DNA from: Sminthopsis crassicaudata | Taxonomy: Eukaryota | Length of the DNA: 64,000 nt | Assembly: GCF_048593235.1 (NCBI RefSeq) | Contig: NC_133617.1 | Coordinates: 111,188,937 to 111,252,936 of the forward strand | Reading direction: 5' to 3' | Part shown: piece by piece, positions 46,230 through 60,769 of the stretch | How positions within the stretch are numbered: position 1 is the stretch's first letter | Layout of the letters: each line of letters begins with the position of its first letter | Program-made: the position numbers and the translations under genes | The notes under the pieces: model-generated | What the model saw: only the letters and a program-made list of their open reading frames with translations | The model's database searches: none | Told to the model about the DNA's origin: nothing

Positions 46230-47439
46230 AACACTACTGACTAGATGTTCCATTTAAACCATTATATGCTTTTGTAAATCAATCTCTTGTCCCTTTTCTT
46301 TAAATCACCTTTTTTTAAACTTTAAACTTCAAGATTCACAATTGATTTTGAACCAAATTTCATAAAACTTATATACTTTACAAACTACCCAATAATTAAA
46401 AAAAAAAAAAAAGCAACATACCATTTAATTAGGGAGATTCAAACACGACCTCCCCCCAAGGTAAGCTACTGGCATTTTGTTTAATAACCTGTATTTTAAT
46501 TTGAAGTCCAACCAAACAATAAGTAAAAAAAAAAAAAGATTTTCTCTTCAGTTGTAAAGGCCACAATTGAAACAATTCTTAAGATTTTATACTCAGAATA
46601 ACTCTAACATGTGGCAAGGCTGCTGGGACCCTGGATCTCTTAGAGTCAGCCAGAGTCAGGATAATTCAAAGTCTTTATTCTTGCTCTTTTGCAGTCCTGG
46701 TCAGGGGATTAGATCTAGCAATCTCCACACCTCCTTCCTCTCTCTCCACCTCCAGGAGAATGCATCAGTCTCCTCCTCCTCCTCCACCCACTCATGTCAC
46801 TTTCCCTTCTTTGTCCACACCCACCTATGGAGCCAGCACAGAATAAATTGGTTAAATAGGTTCATCCTCCAAACATGTGTCAATAGAGAATTGTACAATT
46901 GGCAATTAGATTCAAGTGCTCAATTATCCAAGTGCATCTGCTCTGTTCTAGCCTACTACACAAGGCAACAGAAACATTATTCCCCCCAATTTCAAAATGA
47001 TATTAACTTTAAAATATAGTAAGTTCCTCAAACTCTTAATCAAATGTTGCAGACAATTACCAAGTTTAGCTTTCTTAAACTTTCTGTTCTCTAATTCCAT
47101 GAAAGTTGACTTGCTAATAATGATTTTCCTTTCTTCTCCTGGGAAACTTTTCTTTTTAGAAGTATACCTAGTTTTCCCACAGATCCAACAGGTCAGAGAG
47201 CCCCTGTGGTTATCTGTTTACCTCTCTTTATTTTTGTTCCTCCCTTCCAATATCTGCAACTTCTCATTTCTAATCTTAATTTTCCAATCTTGACACACAT
47301 GCCAATTTAAAGTTATTTTAAAATTAACCAGTACTTTAGTTTGTGGAATTTCCTAAAATCTACCTAGATATTCCATTCAAACTTTTTTTTAGTAAGGCAG
47401 GAAAGAGTTAAGCACCAATTATTGCTTTACTTTGAGAAT

Positions 47440-47473
<34 letters not shown>

Positions 47474-47673
47474 TTTTGTTTTGTTTTGTTTTGTTTTGTT
47501 TTGTTTTGTTTTGTTTTTGTTTTTTTCTAGTTGAGTTCTGACAACAGGCTCTTGCTTACAGGAGTGATAGCACACAGCTTTTCTATTTTCTCAAAACTTT
47601 CCAAACTTTCAATCTATGTTTTTATTTTCCTCTTCTCTCCCCCTCTTCCTGCAAAGCCTCTGCAGTAAGCCAG

Positions 47674-47737
<64 letters not shown>

Positions 47738-49014
47738 CCAAATTACTTCCCAAATTAACTTACCATGATCTAAGACCAAGACATTCTGAGACACTCTGAA
47801 TTAGTACTCTGAATTAATTCCAATTCCCACAATTCAGCCTGATATTTTTCTAAGCTTGCAACACAGAGGCTGCATTTTTATCTCTTATGAGCTTGCGAAC
47901 TTTTAACACAGAACAAACAATGCAAGGCAGACACACACACAAGACACATGCAGAACTCTTATTTTCACATTTTCTATACAGATTTAAGTAGTCCTACTAA
48001 AGTTTTCCTCATTTTCTTTTCCTTTTATATCTTGGAAGTTCATCCCAGTCTTGAATTCCCTAGCTAATGTCCCAATAGAAATTCTTGGGCTGCTTCTATC
48101 TCATTTTACCACCTTGGACCCAGTTCAGGTGTTGGTAGAAGTGCTTCATTACCCTCATACCCCACAGCCACCCAAGAGCTTCCTCAAGAAGGTCCTTTCC
48201 TTGGCATCTAAAGCAGTCCCCCCCACACAAACAAATTTAGGTGGAGTAATCCCTCGGGGTCTCCTTCGACTCAGCGAATGGACGCCTGAAGACTTCTGAG
48301 ACCTTACTTCGGGTTTACACATGTACATATCTTTCAGATTGCAGTGCTGGCCATCAGGACTCTGAAGTTCAATCTTCAATTCTGCTTTCCCCTGAGTATC
48401 TCCGCCTCGGGGCATTGTTTAAGACAGGAGGGCAGCTGTTTACCCAGAACCAGACACCATGGAGAAAACTACTCCATGGGCACCTGTCCCTGTTTGGGGT
48501 GCACATAGCCATCTCCCCCAAAGACCCCGTCCTAGAGAGCTCCCAATTTTGTGTGGGATACATGAGACCTTTACCTAAAATGACTACTCAGATCACTCAA
48601 AATAGAAAGCAAAAGGTGGTTTATTTTGCCTCTGGAGAATGAGCCATTCTATCACCAGATAAGTGAAAAGAAGTTCATAGTAGGAGGGCTAAGGAAGTAC
48701 TAAAAACACACAGCTTTTATACAAGAGATTGTGTCACAAGTGAGAGAACATTGAGAAGGAGAGGGGGAGGCATCTAATTGGTTGTTGCTACCTGGAGACA
48801 TCGAAATGGAAGGCTCCTGTCTCCCTGAAATCACCTGATTTCTAGGAAACAGAAAATCAGGCCTTCAGGGTTCAGAAATAGCTGGCCAAGACTCAAGTAC
48901 ATATGGGCCTGCACATATTATACTGGTCATAGGAGAAACACAGAAATAATGAAAATAAAATACAGAAAACAATTCACATATTCCTGTAAGTTCACCTTTT
49001 CTCTCTATTCCACA
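46230..49014 (-). mobile_element. Class I-like ERV: 5' LTR (48552-49014), degenerate Pro-like PBS, AT-rich internal region
   Basis: TGTGG...CCACA termini with TATAAAA and AATAAA on the minus strand. TGGGAGCTCTCTAGGAC at 48545-48529 resembles the tRNA-Pro PBS. Internal part is repeated at about 62600-64000. Confidence 0.6.
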
Positions 49015-49019
49015 GAATC

Positions 49020-49572
49020 TGGAGGACCCCGGGTTGCCTCAAGTATTTAATTTAAATGTCTGTATTCACATTGAGATACTAATTAGTTCTATTTGTGGGG
49101 GAAATAGAGCTGGAATGTAATAGTCTATGCTCCAACACCTCCCTAAAGTCCTCCAGAGCAGAACATTTTACAAAAGCCTCCAAATAGACCTTGTTTTCCA
49201 CAGTCTTTTCTCTGGGCGCGTTTAGAGGACTGCTTGGGGACTGTCCTCAGAGAGGGGTTTGGACTGGGAGGCCATGGCTGGTTGGACTTTGGCTCTCCTC
49301 TTCCAGGGACCACTGCCTTTGGAGAAGAGGCTGGGGTCACTCTTGGGGTTGAAGATCTTTTCCTTGGGGCCAATTGGAGGAGGGCTCAAAGAGAATTTCA
49401 GGGCCTGTCTTGAATTCTGTGGGAAGGGAATGATATACTTTGGCAGTCCTCTTTGGACTAGCAATGGTTACTTGGATGGCAATGCCTGGGGTTTCTTCTT
49501 CAGCTTCAAGAGCTTCTCCATTGTCTCATTTGGAGGGGTATGTCTTAGATCTTGTGTCCGGGTCAGAAAGGA
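49020..49572 (-). pseudogene. Family A copy 3: 3' two-thirds
   Basis: LSDPDTRSK...GEALEAEEETPGIAIQVTIASPKRTAK...EPSSNWPQGKDLQPQE...WKRRAKVQPAM...DCGKQGLFGGFCKMFCS, with stops and frameshifts. Confidence 0.5.
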
Positions 49573-51329
49573 TTTTTTGAAGCAAGTTTTCTCTGATGAG
49601 ATATTACTGTTCTCTGAGAAATGATGAGCAGAATTTTCTCAGGGGGAAAAAAATTTTGCAAAGTCCTCCATGAACAGAGTGAAATATGCCATATGTGAAA
49701 AGAAAGCAATGTTCTGGGGTGACCAGTTGAACATGATTTTATTATTCACAGCAACACAATCATCCACAACTACTCTGAAGGACTTAGACAAAAATAAAAT
49801 AAAAACAAAACGAAAAAACCCTTATCCACTCAAGAAAAGGAATGTTTATGTCTGAGTAATGATAGAAGCATTCTTTATTTCCACCTTTATATTTNNNNNN
49901 NNNNNNNNNNNNNNNNNNNNNNNNNNNNNNNNNNNNNNNNNNNNNNNNNNNNNNNNNNNNNNNNNNNNNNNNNNNNNNNNNNNNNNNNNNNNNNNNNNNN
50001 NNNNNNNNNNNNNNNNNNNNNNNNNNNNNNNNNNNNNNNNNNNNNNNNNNNNNNNNNNNNNNNNNNNNNNNNNNNNNNNNNNNNNNNNNNNNNNNNNNNN
50101 NNNNNNNNNNNNNNNNNNNNNNNNNNNNNNNNNNNNNNNNNNNNNNNNNNNNNNNNNNNNNNNNNNNNNNNNNNNNNNNNNNNNNNNNNNNNNNNNNNNN
50201 NNNNNNNNNNNNNNNNNNNNNNNNNNNNNNNNNNNNNNNNNNNNNNNNNNNNNNNNNNNNNNNNNNNNNNNNNNNNNNNNNNNNNNNNNNNNNNNNNNNN
50301 NNNNNNNNNNNNNNNNNNNNNNNNNNNNNNNNNNNNNNNNNNNNNNNNNNNNNNNNNNNNNNNNNNNNNNNNNNNNNNNNNNNNNNNNNNNNNNNNNNNN
50401 NNNNNNNNNNNNNNNNNNNNNNNNNNNNNNNNNNNNNNNNNNNNNNNNNNNNNNNNNNNNNNNNNNNNNNNNNNNNNNNNNNNNNNNNNNNNNNNNNNNN
50501 NNNNNNNNNNNNNNNNNNNNNNNNNNNNNNNNNNNNNNNNNNNNNNNNNNNNNNNNNNNNNNNNNNNNNNNNNNNNNNNNNNNNNNNNNNNNNNNNNNNN
50601 NNNNNNNNNNNNNNNNNNNNNNNNNNNNNNNNNNNNNNNNNNNNNNNNNNNNNNNNNNNNNNNNNNNNNNNNNNNNNNNNNNNNNNNNNNNNNNNNNNNN
50701 NNNNNNNNNNNNNNNNNNNNNNNNNNNNNNNNNNNNNNNNNNNNNNNNNNNNNNNNNNNNNNNNNNNNNNNNGAGATTCCTGATCTTTGATCCTAGTTAC
50801 TGTTTGGGAGTTAGTGATGACATCACATGGAACCGTTTTTCTGTTAGATCTGTTATGTCCTTCCAATTGATTGGAAGGCTAGAGCATATGTGCAGAAAGA
50901 GGAAGTTTGTTCATTACATACGTTGCTGAACAGAAGCCACTCTGCCTTAATTGGGTTTCAAAATATATTGCCCACTTATTCTCATTAAATAGTTTTGTCA
51001 TCTTCCACCTAGAGTGTATATTTATCAAATATTAAAAATACCTCTCAAGATTTACTTTTTAAATCCTAGTCATTCTTTGACTGTCCATTAATAAGGAAAA
51101 ATGTATATTTGTATCCAGTGTGCATGGATAAAAGGGATAGGATAAGCTTCTTTGTTAAACTTTTAAATTCAGCTTTCATTTCTTTACTCTTTCTGGTTCA
51201 CACTGAGGACAGATATTTGGCTTTCTTTATTGACAGGACAACAGAACTGACATTTATCTCCTTCTCCTCCTCTCTATCTTCCCTAATATTCTTTACCACC
51301 ATTCATACCCTTTTGTCAAACTTCCTATT

Positions 51330-51870
51330 ATTTGTTTTTATTGAAGTTTTTATTTCCAAAACACAGGCAAAGATAATTTTTTCAACATTGATCCTTGAAA
51401 AACCTTGTGTTCCAATTATTCCCGCCTTCTCCCCACATTCTCATTTAGATGGCATGCAATCCAATATATGCTAAATATGATTAAAATACATGTTCCTTCC
51501 AAAAGAGGCATGCAAATTTACATAATTATGTTGATGTACAAGAAAAAAAATAACATTAAAAAGTAAAAAAAAATTGGGAAAGAAAATAAAAATTCAAATA
51601 CATCATACCAAAAAGTGTGAAAACGCTATATTGTCATCTACCTTCACTTGCCACAATCCTCTCTCTGGGTGAGATGACTCTCAACATCACAAGATCATTG
51701 GTATAGGCCTGAATAACCTCATTGTTGAAGAGATCCACTTCCATCACAATTGATCATCCTATAATCTTGTGTTTCCATGTACAATGATGTCCTGGTTCTG
51801 CTCACTTCACTTAGCACCAGTTCATGTAAGTCTCTCCAGGCTTCTCTGCTATGACCCTGCTGGTCACCAA
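51330..51870 (-). mobile_element. Older L1 3' end
   Basis: Inverted paralog of 25690-26220 with shared flanks. Confidence 0.8.
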
Positions 51871-52482
51871 ACTTCCTTTTAATTCTCACACCCCAGTTAG
51901 AGAGTCTGCTTCTCTTGAAATCATCTTGTGGATTTGACTTAACCAGTTTGCCAAGGCACTACTAAATTTGATGGGAAAGAGTCAATTTCAAGGTCAGGGG
52001 AATTATTTAGGGAATAATCCTACAATCAACTTGAAAACAAGATGGAAAAGCTCTTGATAGAGTGGGCAATTTTCTTTATTAACACCCCAATTACTGGTAG
52101 CTTCTATCTATTCATGTGGCACTGAAGCAGATATGGTCTTGTTGTAGCTCTTTTCTTGTTATCCTATATGCTTAACAATAAAACTGTCCCTTGTGTTCCA
52201 ATAATAGCACATGTTCCTTGTGAGACTCAGTTTCCACACCTATAGAATGGAAATGTTTTAACAAGTCTTGTAATATGAAGCATTCTGAGAAGAGCATTCA
52301 GTAAATGTTATAATTTTAAGAAAATGTAAATTGCTGTTATTATTTAATTATTAATGCGTATACTTAAAGCACACCATTAAAGTCATTTAGGTTGATGTCT
52401 AAGAATAAGAAGACCTAACTTGAGGTCTTAGTCCAGACACTATGAAATCCTTTGTAATGAGCAAAAAAGCAACACAAATTCT

Positions 52483-53064
52483 TTTTTTAAATTAATTTTA
52501 TAATTATAAATTTTTTGACAGTACATATGCAAGAATAATATTTTATAACATTGTCCCTTGTATTTATTTTTCCAAATTTTCCCCTCCCTCCCTCTACTCC
52601 CTCCCCTAGATGACAGGCAATCCCATACATTTTACATGTGTTGCAGTATAACCTAGATACAATATATTTGTGTAAATCGAATTTTCTTATTCCACTTTAA
52701 GTATTGGATTCCAGAGGTATAAGTAACCTGGGTAGAAAAACAGTAGTGCTAACAGTTTACATTCAATTCCCAGTGTTCTTTCTCTGGGCGTAGTTGTTTC
52801 TATCCATCATTGATCAACTGGAAGTGAGTTGGATCTTCTTTATGTTGAAGATATCCACTTCCATCAGAATATATCTTCAAACAGTATTGTTGTTGAAGTG
52901 TATAGTGATCTTCTGGTTCTGCTCATTTCACTCAGCATCAGTTCATGCAAGTCTCTCCAAGCCTCTCTGTATTCATCCGGCTGGTCATTTCTTACAGAGC
53001 AATAATATTCCATACACTTCATTTACCATAATTCACCCAACCATTCTCCAATTGATGGACATCC
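52483..53064 (-). mobile_element. 5'-truncated L1 with 16-bp TSD
   Basis: TSD AAGCAACACAAATTCT at 52467-52482 and 53065-53080. Empty site at about 9627-9642. Confidence 0.96.
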
Positions 53065-56000
53065 AAGCAACACAAATTCTGCAACTCAATTTGCTCAGGT
53101 GTAAAATGTGGATAATAAAAGGGATCCTATGCAATACTGGTGGGAAGATATGAGAGGGTAGATGTACAAATCCTTTGAAATGAAAGATGAGGTGTGTTTA
53201 TTGTCTTCATTTTAAGGGACACTTTCTCACCAACTTTTTAATGACAAATACAATACTTCTAGTATCTTATCCATATGCAAAGCATCCTTACTACTCTACA
53301 AAATCATGAAATTTAGCATGGGAAAAGGCTTGATTAGTTTGGCCCATACCAGCCTGAACTCTCACCTCCTGATATTGATCTCCAATGAGCCTGAATAACT
53401 TGCCTATAAGCTTGACAAGGAAGTGAACTGGATTTAAGTGAGGGAGATCTGTCCAAGGTCTCACTTAATACTCTGGAACCATCTGTGTCCATTGCCCAGC
53501 CATACAACAAAATGACTGAAAATGGCCCTGGAGGCAAGGTTTTTAAACAGGTCTGTTTGCCTGAAGGCAGTTTTACCTGGAGAGGGGCATTGACAGGATT
53601 ATCTTGTCTTTCAGTGGGCCTTTGTTGCAGTAGTCATTGGTTGAGTTCCTTACCTAGTTAGGGCTATTTTGACCCCACAGAAACTGTATTTTTTTTCCAG
53701 ATGAAAATCCTTTAGATTATTCATTGGAATTTAGTCTAAGTCTTTCCCCAACTTTTCCTACCTTATGGCAACTTATTAAGGTTTTTTGCCCCTTGAAGTT
53801 GGGAAAAAAGTGTCATTAAGGTTAGGTAAAAATTGAGGCAAAGATGGTTTCTTTTACTCAACTCAAGTTCAGNNNNNNNNNNNNNNNNNNNNNNNNNNNN
53901 NNNNNNNNNNNNNNNNNNNNNNNNNNNNNNNNNNNNNNNNNNNNNNNNNNNNNNNNNNNNNNNNNNNNNNNNNNNNNNNNNNNNNNNNNNNNNNNNNNNN
54001 NNNNNNNNNNNNNNNNNNNNNNNNNNNNNNNNNNNNNNTTTTCGAAAGGTATAAGACGCTAGGTCTAAGCTTCAGGAAGTACATGGCCCACAGGAATTAG
54101 ACAGCCTTGCTGATTATTTTTCAGCTGTTACCTCCTTTTTAGTCAGTCCAATGAATCCAAATCCTTGGCTATTTAATCCATTCCTTGTTTGTGGCCCAGG
54201 GTCCCACACCATACTGGGCTGCTCAGTCGGTGTGCTTGGACCTGTCCTGACAAGGACAGAGTAAATGATTTCTGTTTGTATCTGGAGATGCCTCAGAGTA
54301 GCTAAGTTGGGTAAGGGAGTCTAGAATCCTGTCCCACCTAGTTGATTGATTATCGTCCAGGACCTGTGCCTTCCCAGAGAGATGGCTGGGATCCTACTGT
54401 AAAGCAGAGTTGCCATGTTGGGTTTTCTCCAACTGTCCTTGACATTGGGCTCCCTCTCTTTGAGATAGGAGCCTGAGTAGGAGGCACTGAGATGGAAACA
54501 CAAGCAGAGGACTCCAAAGAATTAGCCCAAGGGCTAGGACAGTCAGTTCATTTTGGGGCACCTAACTAAAGCAAAACTTGTGCCCTTAGGCTGAAGGGGA
54601 CCCTGGGATCATCAAGGCATGGTGTCCCAAGGGAAAGGGGGAGGTCTAGGAAGCCACATTTAAGTCCTCATAAACTGCACAGAGGCAGGATCTTCTGCAT
54701 TACTGCTGGATGGGGCCCTCGCTCTAGACTTGGGGATCTGAAGGTCTGAGAATTACAGAATTACATAGTCTTCTTCCATTTAATATTTTTCTGTATCTGC
54801 ACTTTTGTGCAGAATTTTGTGTCATGACTGTTCTGAGAGGGAGAATTTGTTATCTAAAAGATATAAAATTAAATCAGTAAGAAGAAAAAAACTTGTATAC
54901 TGCCCACCATAGAAAGAAAAAAAAATGTCTGGCGTTTTCCTGTAGACCCAGTTCTGGCCAAGGAAGAAGAAACTAGAGAAATGAAGGGAACTAATTTTTG
55001 AGAGCAATGAGTGAGGAGTTTGACTAGTGATCATTTTAAGATTGAAAAACATTTACCATAAAACAAATGTTATGTAACTATTAACTTATTGGATTCAATT
55101 GTTTCATATTATATAACTTTATATATGTTTTTAGATGTAACCCACATACAAACCAATGTTAAGTTAAATGAATTTGTGTGTGTTTAATCTGGAAGCAAAT
55201 TCAACTAAATTAAAACCTCCATGAGGAGGATGAAGCATAGAGTACAAAGAGCCTTTCTCTTTCTTCCTACTTCCCCAGTAACCTGACTGCATCAGGGACA
55301 TACAGATGAAGAGGTGAGAACAAGAGAAAGGAAATATACTTGCTCAATTAAGTGAAATTTGTTATTTAAGACATAAAAGTAAAAGAAACGTTAAAAGATC
55401 TCTCATCAAAGCCCACTAGAGGGATATGTAAATTGTACTCTTTGCACCAACTGTATTAACAGAAGTTTGAATAGATTGAGAATGTTAGGGACAAACTGAA
55501 AAGCAGTTGATTGCCATTAAATTCTGGCAGCAAATAGCCTAGTCCTCAAGCTTTTTCTAATTTAGAGAGGAAACAGTAATATTTGTATGGACTGACAAAA
55601 ACAATCAAAAATTAATATTTGTTAAATTATAGAAGTGAGATTTTGCTTGTAACTAAATGTTTGTGTCTAAAAACAAAAAACAAAACTCCTCCAAACTTAT
55701 CTGGATCAGGTTTGCACTTGGAAAGCCTGGAAACTTGAGAGTATGCAGCTTTCAATTGACACAGGTGAAAGAGGACAAAGAAAGAGGGTTTCAGTGAAAC
55801 AAAGTAACCAGAAAGTGAAGAGGAGTCAATTTCTGGAATTTCTCTTAAATTGTCAGTATGTTAAGCTTCTTGAAAGTATCTTGTGAGCAAGCTTGTTATC
55901 CCTGAGAAATAACTAGTTGGAGTTACAAAGATCCCAATGAAGGATGAGTTTATTGATAATTTACAACTTTGTTAAGTAGAAATAATTTGTACTGATTGGC

Positions 56001-57254
56001 TTTTACACCTGGAATGTTGTGCTTAAGGGCCACCTCCTTAGATGTGAAGCTGAGTTGTAAATTTTAGATGACAAATATCTATTACAGTTACATGAAACAA
56101 TCATTATAAACTGGTATTTGCTAGAATTTTGTATTTGTTTAACTGAATTGAAACATTATAGACAATTTAAATCTGTATTTGATAGGATTTAACATTAAAA
56201 ATTGGTTAATAAAACAAAGTTCTGGTAATTTGCCTTAAGAAGTCACATATTTGGATCCCCTACTTAGATGAAATAGGTTGCTTTTTAAAATGTTTATTGG
56301 GTAATTTATAAAAATCATAATCTATGCTTTAAAATTTCATCAGCTTGGCTGAATATTTGTATAAGCTTTATGAAATCTGGCCCACAGTTATTTACATACT
56401 GGCTATATTGTAAATCTGGTTTTTAAAACAAGGGTCAACAAAGATTGACTTGCAAAAGCAATTGATAGTTTGAATGGAACATCTAGTAAGAATACCACAA
56501 GGTTAAATGTTGATTTAAAGAAAAAACAAAACAAAACAAACTTTTCCTTATTGGTGTCTATAATGAAATTGGAAATGACAATTTAAATGAGATTCCTATC
56601 CATTTTGATGACAGGCTATGTTCTGTTTGTTCAGCTATTACTTATGGAAATTGTGAAATTGCTCAACAAATCAGGAGTATTTTCATAATACTGAAATGTA
56701 GAATTGTTAAGGATTATTAATGTAATAGGTTGATAGAGGGAAAGTGACAGCATGATAGAAAGAAGGAGAAAGAGAGAGGGAGACAGGATAGGGGAGGACA
56801 TAGAGAGTAGCAGAATGTTTGGCTGGTATCAAAAGGTAATTCCAAGACCCAACAATTGAGAGATGAAATGGGTCCCAGGAATGGTAGATATGAAGTAGAG
56901 TCAGAGAACAAGGAAAAGGAGTGATACCACATGGCATAGGGAAAGGATAAGGATGCCACTAGGCAGTGACTTTGTGGGAGACACAGGAAGCCAGGGGTCC
57001 TGGGGTTGCCCATGGGTAGATTTTGTGGGAAGGATTTGGCCCCAGGCACATGAATGGGATTTCTGGTTAGACAGGCCAGGGAAGTAGATAGACTTCTGGC
57101 TTACTTTGTAAACTTGCCAAACTTGGCTTGGAAAAAAGCTTGGTTCTGGATGTAAAGTTCCAGTTTCTTCTTCTTTAAGTTTCTGGAGAACTTCACAACA
57201 AGTATATTTCAAATAGAAAGGGGGACAGTCTGCCAGGTACCCAAAGGGCTACCA

Positions 57255-57885
57255 AAATGTGCATCCCCTTTGATACAGTAGTGCTTCTATGGAGCCTAGA
57301 TTCCAAAGAGATTTTAAAAGAGGGGAAAGGGGCCCACACGTGCAAAAATATTTGTGGCAGACCTTTTTGTACTGGCAAGAAACAGGAAACTGAGTGGATG
57401 CCCATCAGTCTGAACATGGCTGAATAAACTGTGATATATGAATGTTGTGGAATATTGTTGTTTTATAAAAAATGAATAGTAGGATGAATTCAGAGATTGC
57501 TAGAGAGACTTACATAAACTGATGCTAAGTGAAATGAGCAGCACCAGGAGATGATTGTACAAGTCAAAAACAAGATTATACAAGGATCAATTCTGATGGA
57601 TGTGGCTCTCTTATACAATGACATGACTGAGACCAGTTCCAATGATCTTGTGATGAAGAGAGTCATCTACACCCAGAGAGAGGACTGTGGGAACTGTCTG
57701 GATCACAACTTAATATTTTCATTCTTTTTAATTTGTTCGCTTGCATTTTGTTTTCTCATTTTTTTGTTCCTGATCTTATTTTTGTTATGCAGCAAGATAC
57801 TTGTACAAATGTTTACATATATTGCATGTAACATATATTTTAACATAAGATATATTTGATTATCTGTCATCTAGGGGAAAGGGTA
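57255..57885 (+). mobile_element. Older L1 3' fragment
   Basis: ORF2-end/3'UTR text. Inverted paralog of 21250-21930. Confidence 0.8.
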
Positions 57886-58479
57886 CAATGAGTGCAAGCT
57901 CTCCCTAGACTTAAGTTTCTGTTATGTTTTGTCACACAGACCCGCGCTGCTTCCTGTTTGCCCTTAACCAGGGCACCTTTAACTCCCCAAGTCCTGACTC
58001 CTAAACTCCCCCGTTTAGTTCTCAGACAATTCTGAAAACCCATTTAACTCCCATCCTGAAGCTTGCCTGGAGGAAGAGTACATTCTTAGGGAAGTATAGC
58101 CAGATGGATGGTGCACATATTCCCCTGCCAGGGGCTTGAAAACTCTTTTCAAAGCCTTCCCTTCTAAGAGTGAAAAAGTCTCTAGAATTTTCACTAGGGA
58201 AATCATACTTACTGAAGGCCATACTGTCCCATCCATTGCCCCTTCCTCTTTAAAGTAACAAAAGTATGGATTGGGGGGAAATGTTCTTAGACATTTCTTC
58301 TGGAAAAGCTGTGTGGATGAGACACATTCACAATAACCTTATATTTTCTCAGTTTTCCTCTTGGTGTGATCCCCACTTACTCTCCCTAGTAAGCCCCATT
58401 CTGACTCCAATGTGTTTATTCTTTTTTGCTCATATTGGATTCTTGCATTTTTCATCTACTTGGGAGTTGTTTCTTGCAG

Positions 58480-58892
58480 ATTGTAAACCATGAAACTCCA
58501 ACTTCTTGGTCAAATCCCAGGATCCCTGGTTCTGACACTCGGCAGCTACATGACATGTGTCTCCCCTCCTCAGTCTGGACCACATTGGGCTCCATCAGAA
58601 CTTCAACCCATTTCAGTCAGAAACAGCTCCAGAAGATGAGACCTTTGTCCCTTTGTCTCAAATAAATGTGGGTCTGGACTGCTTGAGGTGAAAAGAATGG
58701 GATAATGCCCCTGAGGCCCTGGGCCTGCACTATGCTGGGGCTCCATTGATACTACTAGCTGCCAGATGCCAATTGTGGCTCAGGCTCTGTGATGACAGGA
58801 GTTCCCAGATGGAGGGTGGGAGCTGGTGGAAGCAGGGCCTTCCATTGCTGCTCTTTGCTTTAAGCAGCATTATCCTCTCACCACTTGCTTAA
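58480..58892 (+). pseudogene. Family B copy 2
   Basis: Acceptor tttcttgcAG (58478-58479), 10 nt, accATG at 58490: MKLQLLGQIPGSLVLTLGS. A 20-nt deletion follows, then FQSETAPEDETFVPLSQINVGLDCLR*KEWD...SWWKQGLPLLLFALSSIILSPLA*. Confidence 0.45.
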
Positions 58893-59149
58893 AGAATTAA
58901 GTACTAGAATGGACAAGATATCCTAGCAAAAGTGGTTCTGGAAATCTTCCACTGATGTGAGGCTGGTGGATCTTTCTAAATGGTAGATGGTGGGTTAGAG
59001 TTAGTACTGAGCAGAGGACCCAGCCTGAAGGCCTTGATAACAAGGATGTCCCAGTGGAAGAAATGCATCAACACTTGTGTGAGAATGTGTGAAAGAGAAG
59101 TGGCTGAATGGGACCAGGAGAAGGGTTCCCAGAGCCTCTAGGACCTTAG

Positions 59150-59310
59150 CCCTTAGTTTCAGGACATCACATGTTCCCTTTTCTCAGAGGATTGTAGGAC
59201 AGAAAAGGTCAGAGCCTAGCTCTAAATTTCAGGAAGTCACATGATCTCTAGTTTTAAAGGTCAGTAGGGGAGAAATTTTAGGCAGTCATGTGACCCACAG
59301 GAGCTAGACA
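59150..59310. promoter_or_regulatory. Paralog of the E-box/ETS tandem units
   Basis: caggaagtcacatgatc and aggacatcacatg. Inverted copy of 19790-19975. Confidence 0.3.
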
Positions 59311-60351
59311 GCCTTGCTGGTCATTGGTAAGTAGTTACTTCCTTTTCAGTCCATCCAATGAACAGGAGCCTTTTATCATTTAATTTATTCCCTCTTTCTG
59401 GACTGGGGCCTCCTGTCATGCTGGCTGCTTCCTATTGTGCTGTGGCTTCTCTTTGTAAGGACCCAAATCCATGCTTTCTATGGGCATTGGGAGATTTTTC
59501 AGAGTAGCCCATTTGAGTCAGGGGGTTGCATACAGATTCCTCTTTTTTTCCTTTGTCCTGGTCTTTTGCCTGGGGGTCAGAGTTTTTCTTTCACTACCTG
59601 AGAAATGTGGTTAGGTGTGTAAAAAACTGAAATCATTTCAATTTGGTCACTTGCTGTCTGGGGAATGTGGGATTAAGTGAGTGAAGGAGAAACATTGGGA
59701 AAAGAAACTTTGACAACATTGGTAATGTTGAATGTTGAAAACTCTATTTGGAAAAATACTAATTTTAAGATTAAAAACATAAATTTTAAAATAAATACTA
59801 TAGTATATGAAACCTTTCCAAGGTAAGATATGTCAAACTTGTGCCCTCTTCTCTCATTTTACTCCCTCCCCTTTCATCTCATTTTTTTCCCTCTGTTAGT
59901 TGGTCTTCCTCCATGCTGCCTTATATCTTTTTTTTCTTCCTGCCTGCCCTGTCTCCAGCGTCACATCACAACCAGCCCTCTGTCCAGTCTTTCAAGAGGG
60001 CTGCTTTCCAGTCTTACTCACTTCCAGTTGTAACACCCAGATATTTGAAATTTTTTTTGGTTCTTCCAAAATTTTGCCTTTGATCTGAGGGCACTTTTGA
60101 AATTGGTCATTATTATGCCTATGTGTTTTCCACAATAGATTTTGTTGAGATGGCAGTATGTAAAAGGTCCAAGGAGGAGTCAGGCACAGTGAAACTAGAG
60201 GTATACAGCAATAATGCTTGAGCCCCATGGGAGTGGTTCTGCTGTGAAATAGTAGGGACCGCCTCATGGGCTAGAACCCTGGTTGCATTGAGATCCACAT
60301 AGTTTGGGACAAAAAGACCTACCCAAATTGACTACTACTGAGATCACTCAT

Positions 60352-60765
60352 TGTTAGAATCTTTACTAGGTGCTAAGTCAGTACTTAACAATTCTCTAAT
60401 TCAGAGTTCACACCTTTAAAGGAGTTTACACCTTTAAAAGGAGCTAGCTCAAGGGATGTAAAGGAGATCCCACAAGCCCCTGGAGTACCCACTAGCCTAT
60501 TCTCTGGGAGGAAAAAGAAGCCAACTTTGAGTGGGCAAGGGCAGTCTGGAAGGAGGCAGTCTGGAAGAAATCAGTCTGGAGTGAGTCAAGGGAAGGACTT
60601 CCCAGGAGAACTTCAGGGAAGCTGGAGGAGATTCAGAGCCAGGATTCAGGAGAAGGATTTGACATTCTACCTTCATGCTGACTGGAGGCTTTGAATTCAG
60701 AGGGAGCTAGAGACTGAAGCTGGAGAGATTCTGACAGGAAAAGATTCAAGACTTTGAAAGACACA
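60352..60765 (+). mobile_element. 3'-truncated LTR related to the 22235 LTR family
   Basis: TGTTAGAATCTTTACTAGGTG start and a shared attctctgggagga.aaa block. Confidence 0.6.
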
Positions 60766-60769
60766 ATAC

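Noticed and set aside
49021-49041. TG at 49041 as the LTR start
   Set aside because: Homology to family A flanks continues to about 49020. The TGTGG...CCACA pair places the LTR at 48552-49014.
49784-50929. Long ORFs of 356-360 aa, and similar ones across the other gaps
   Set aside because: They consist of X residues from N runs.
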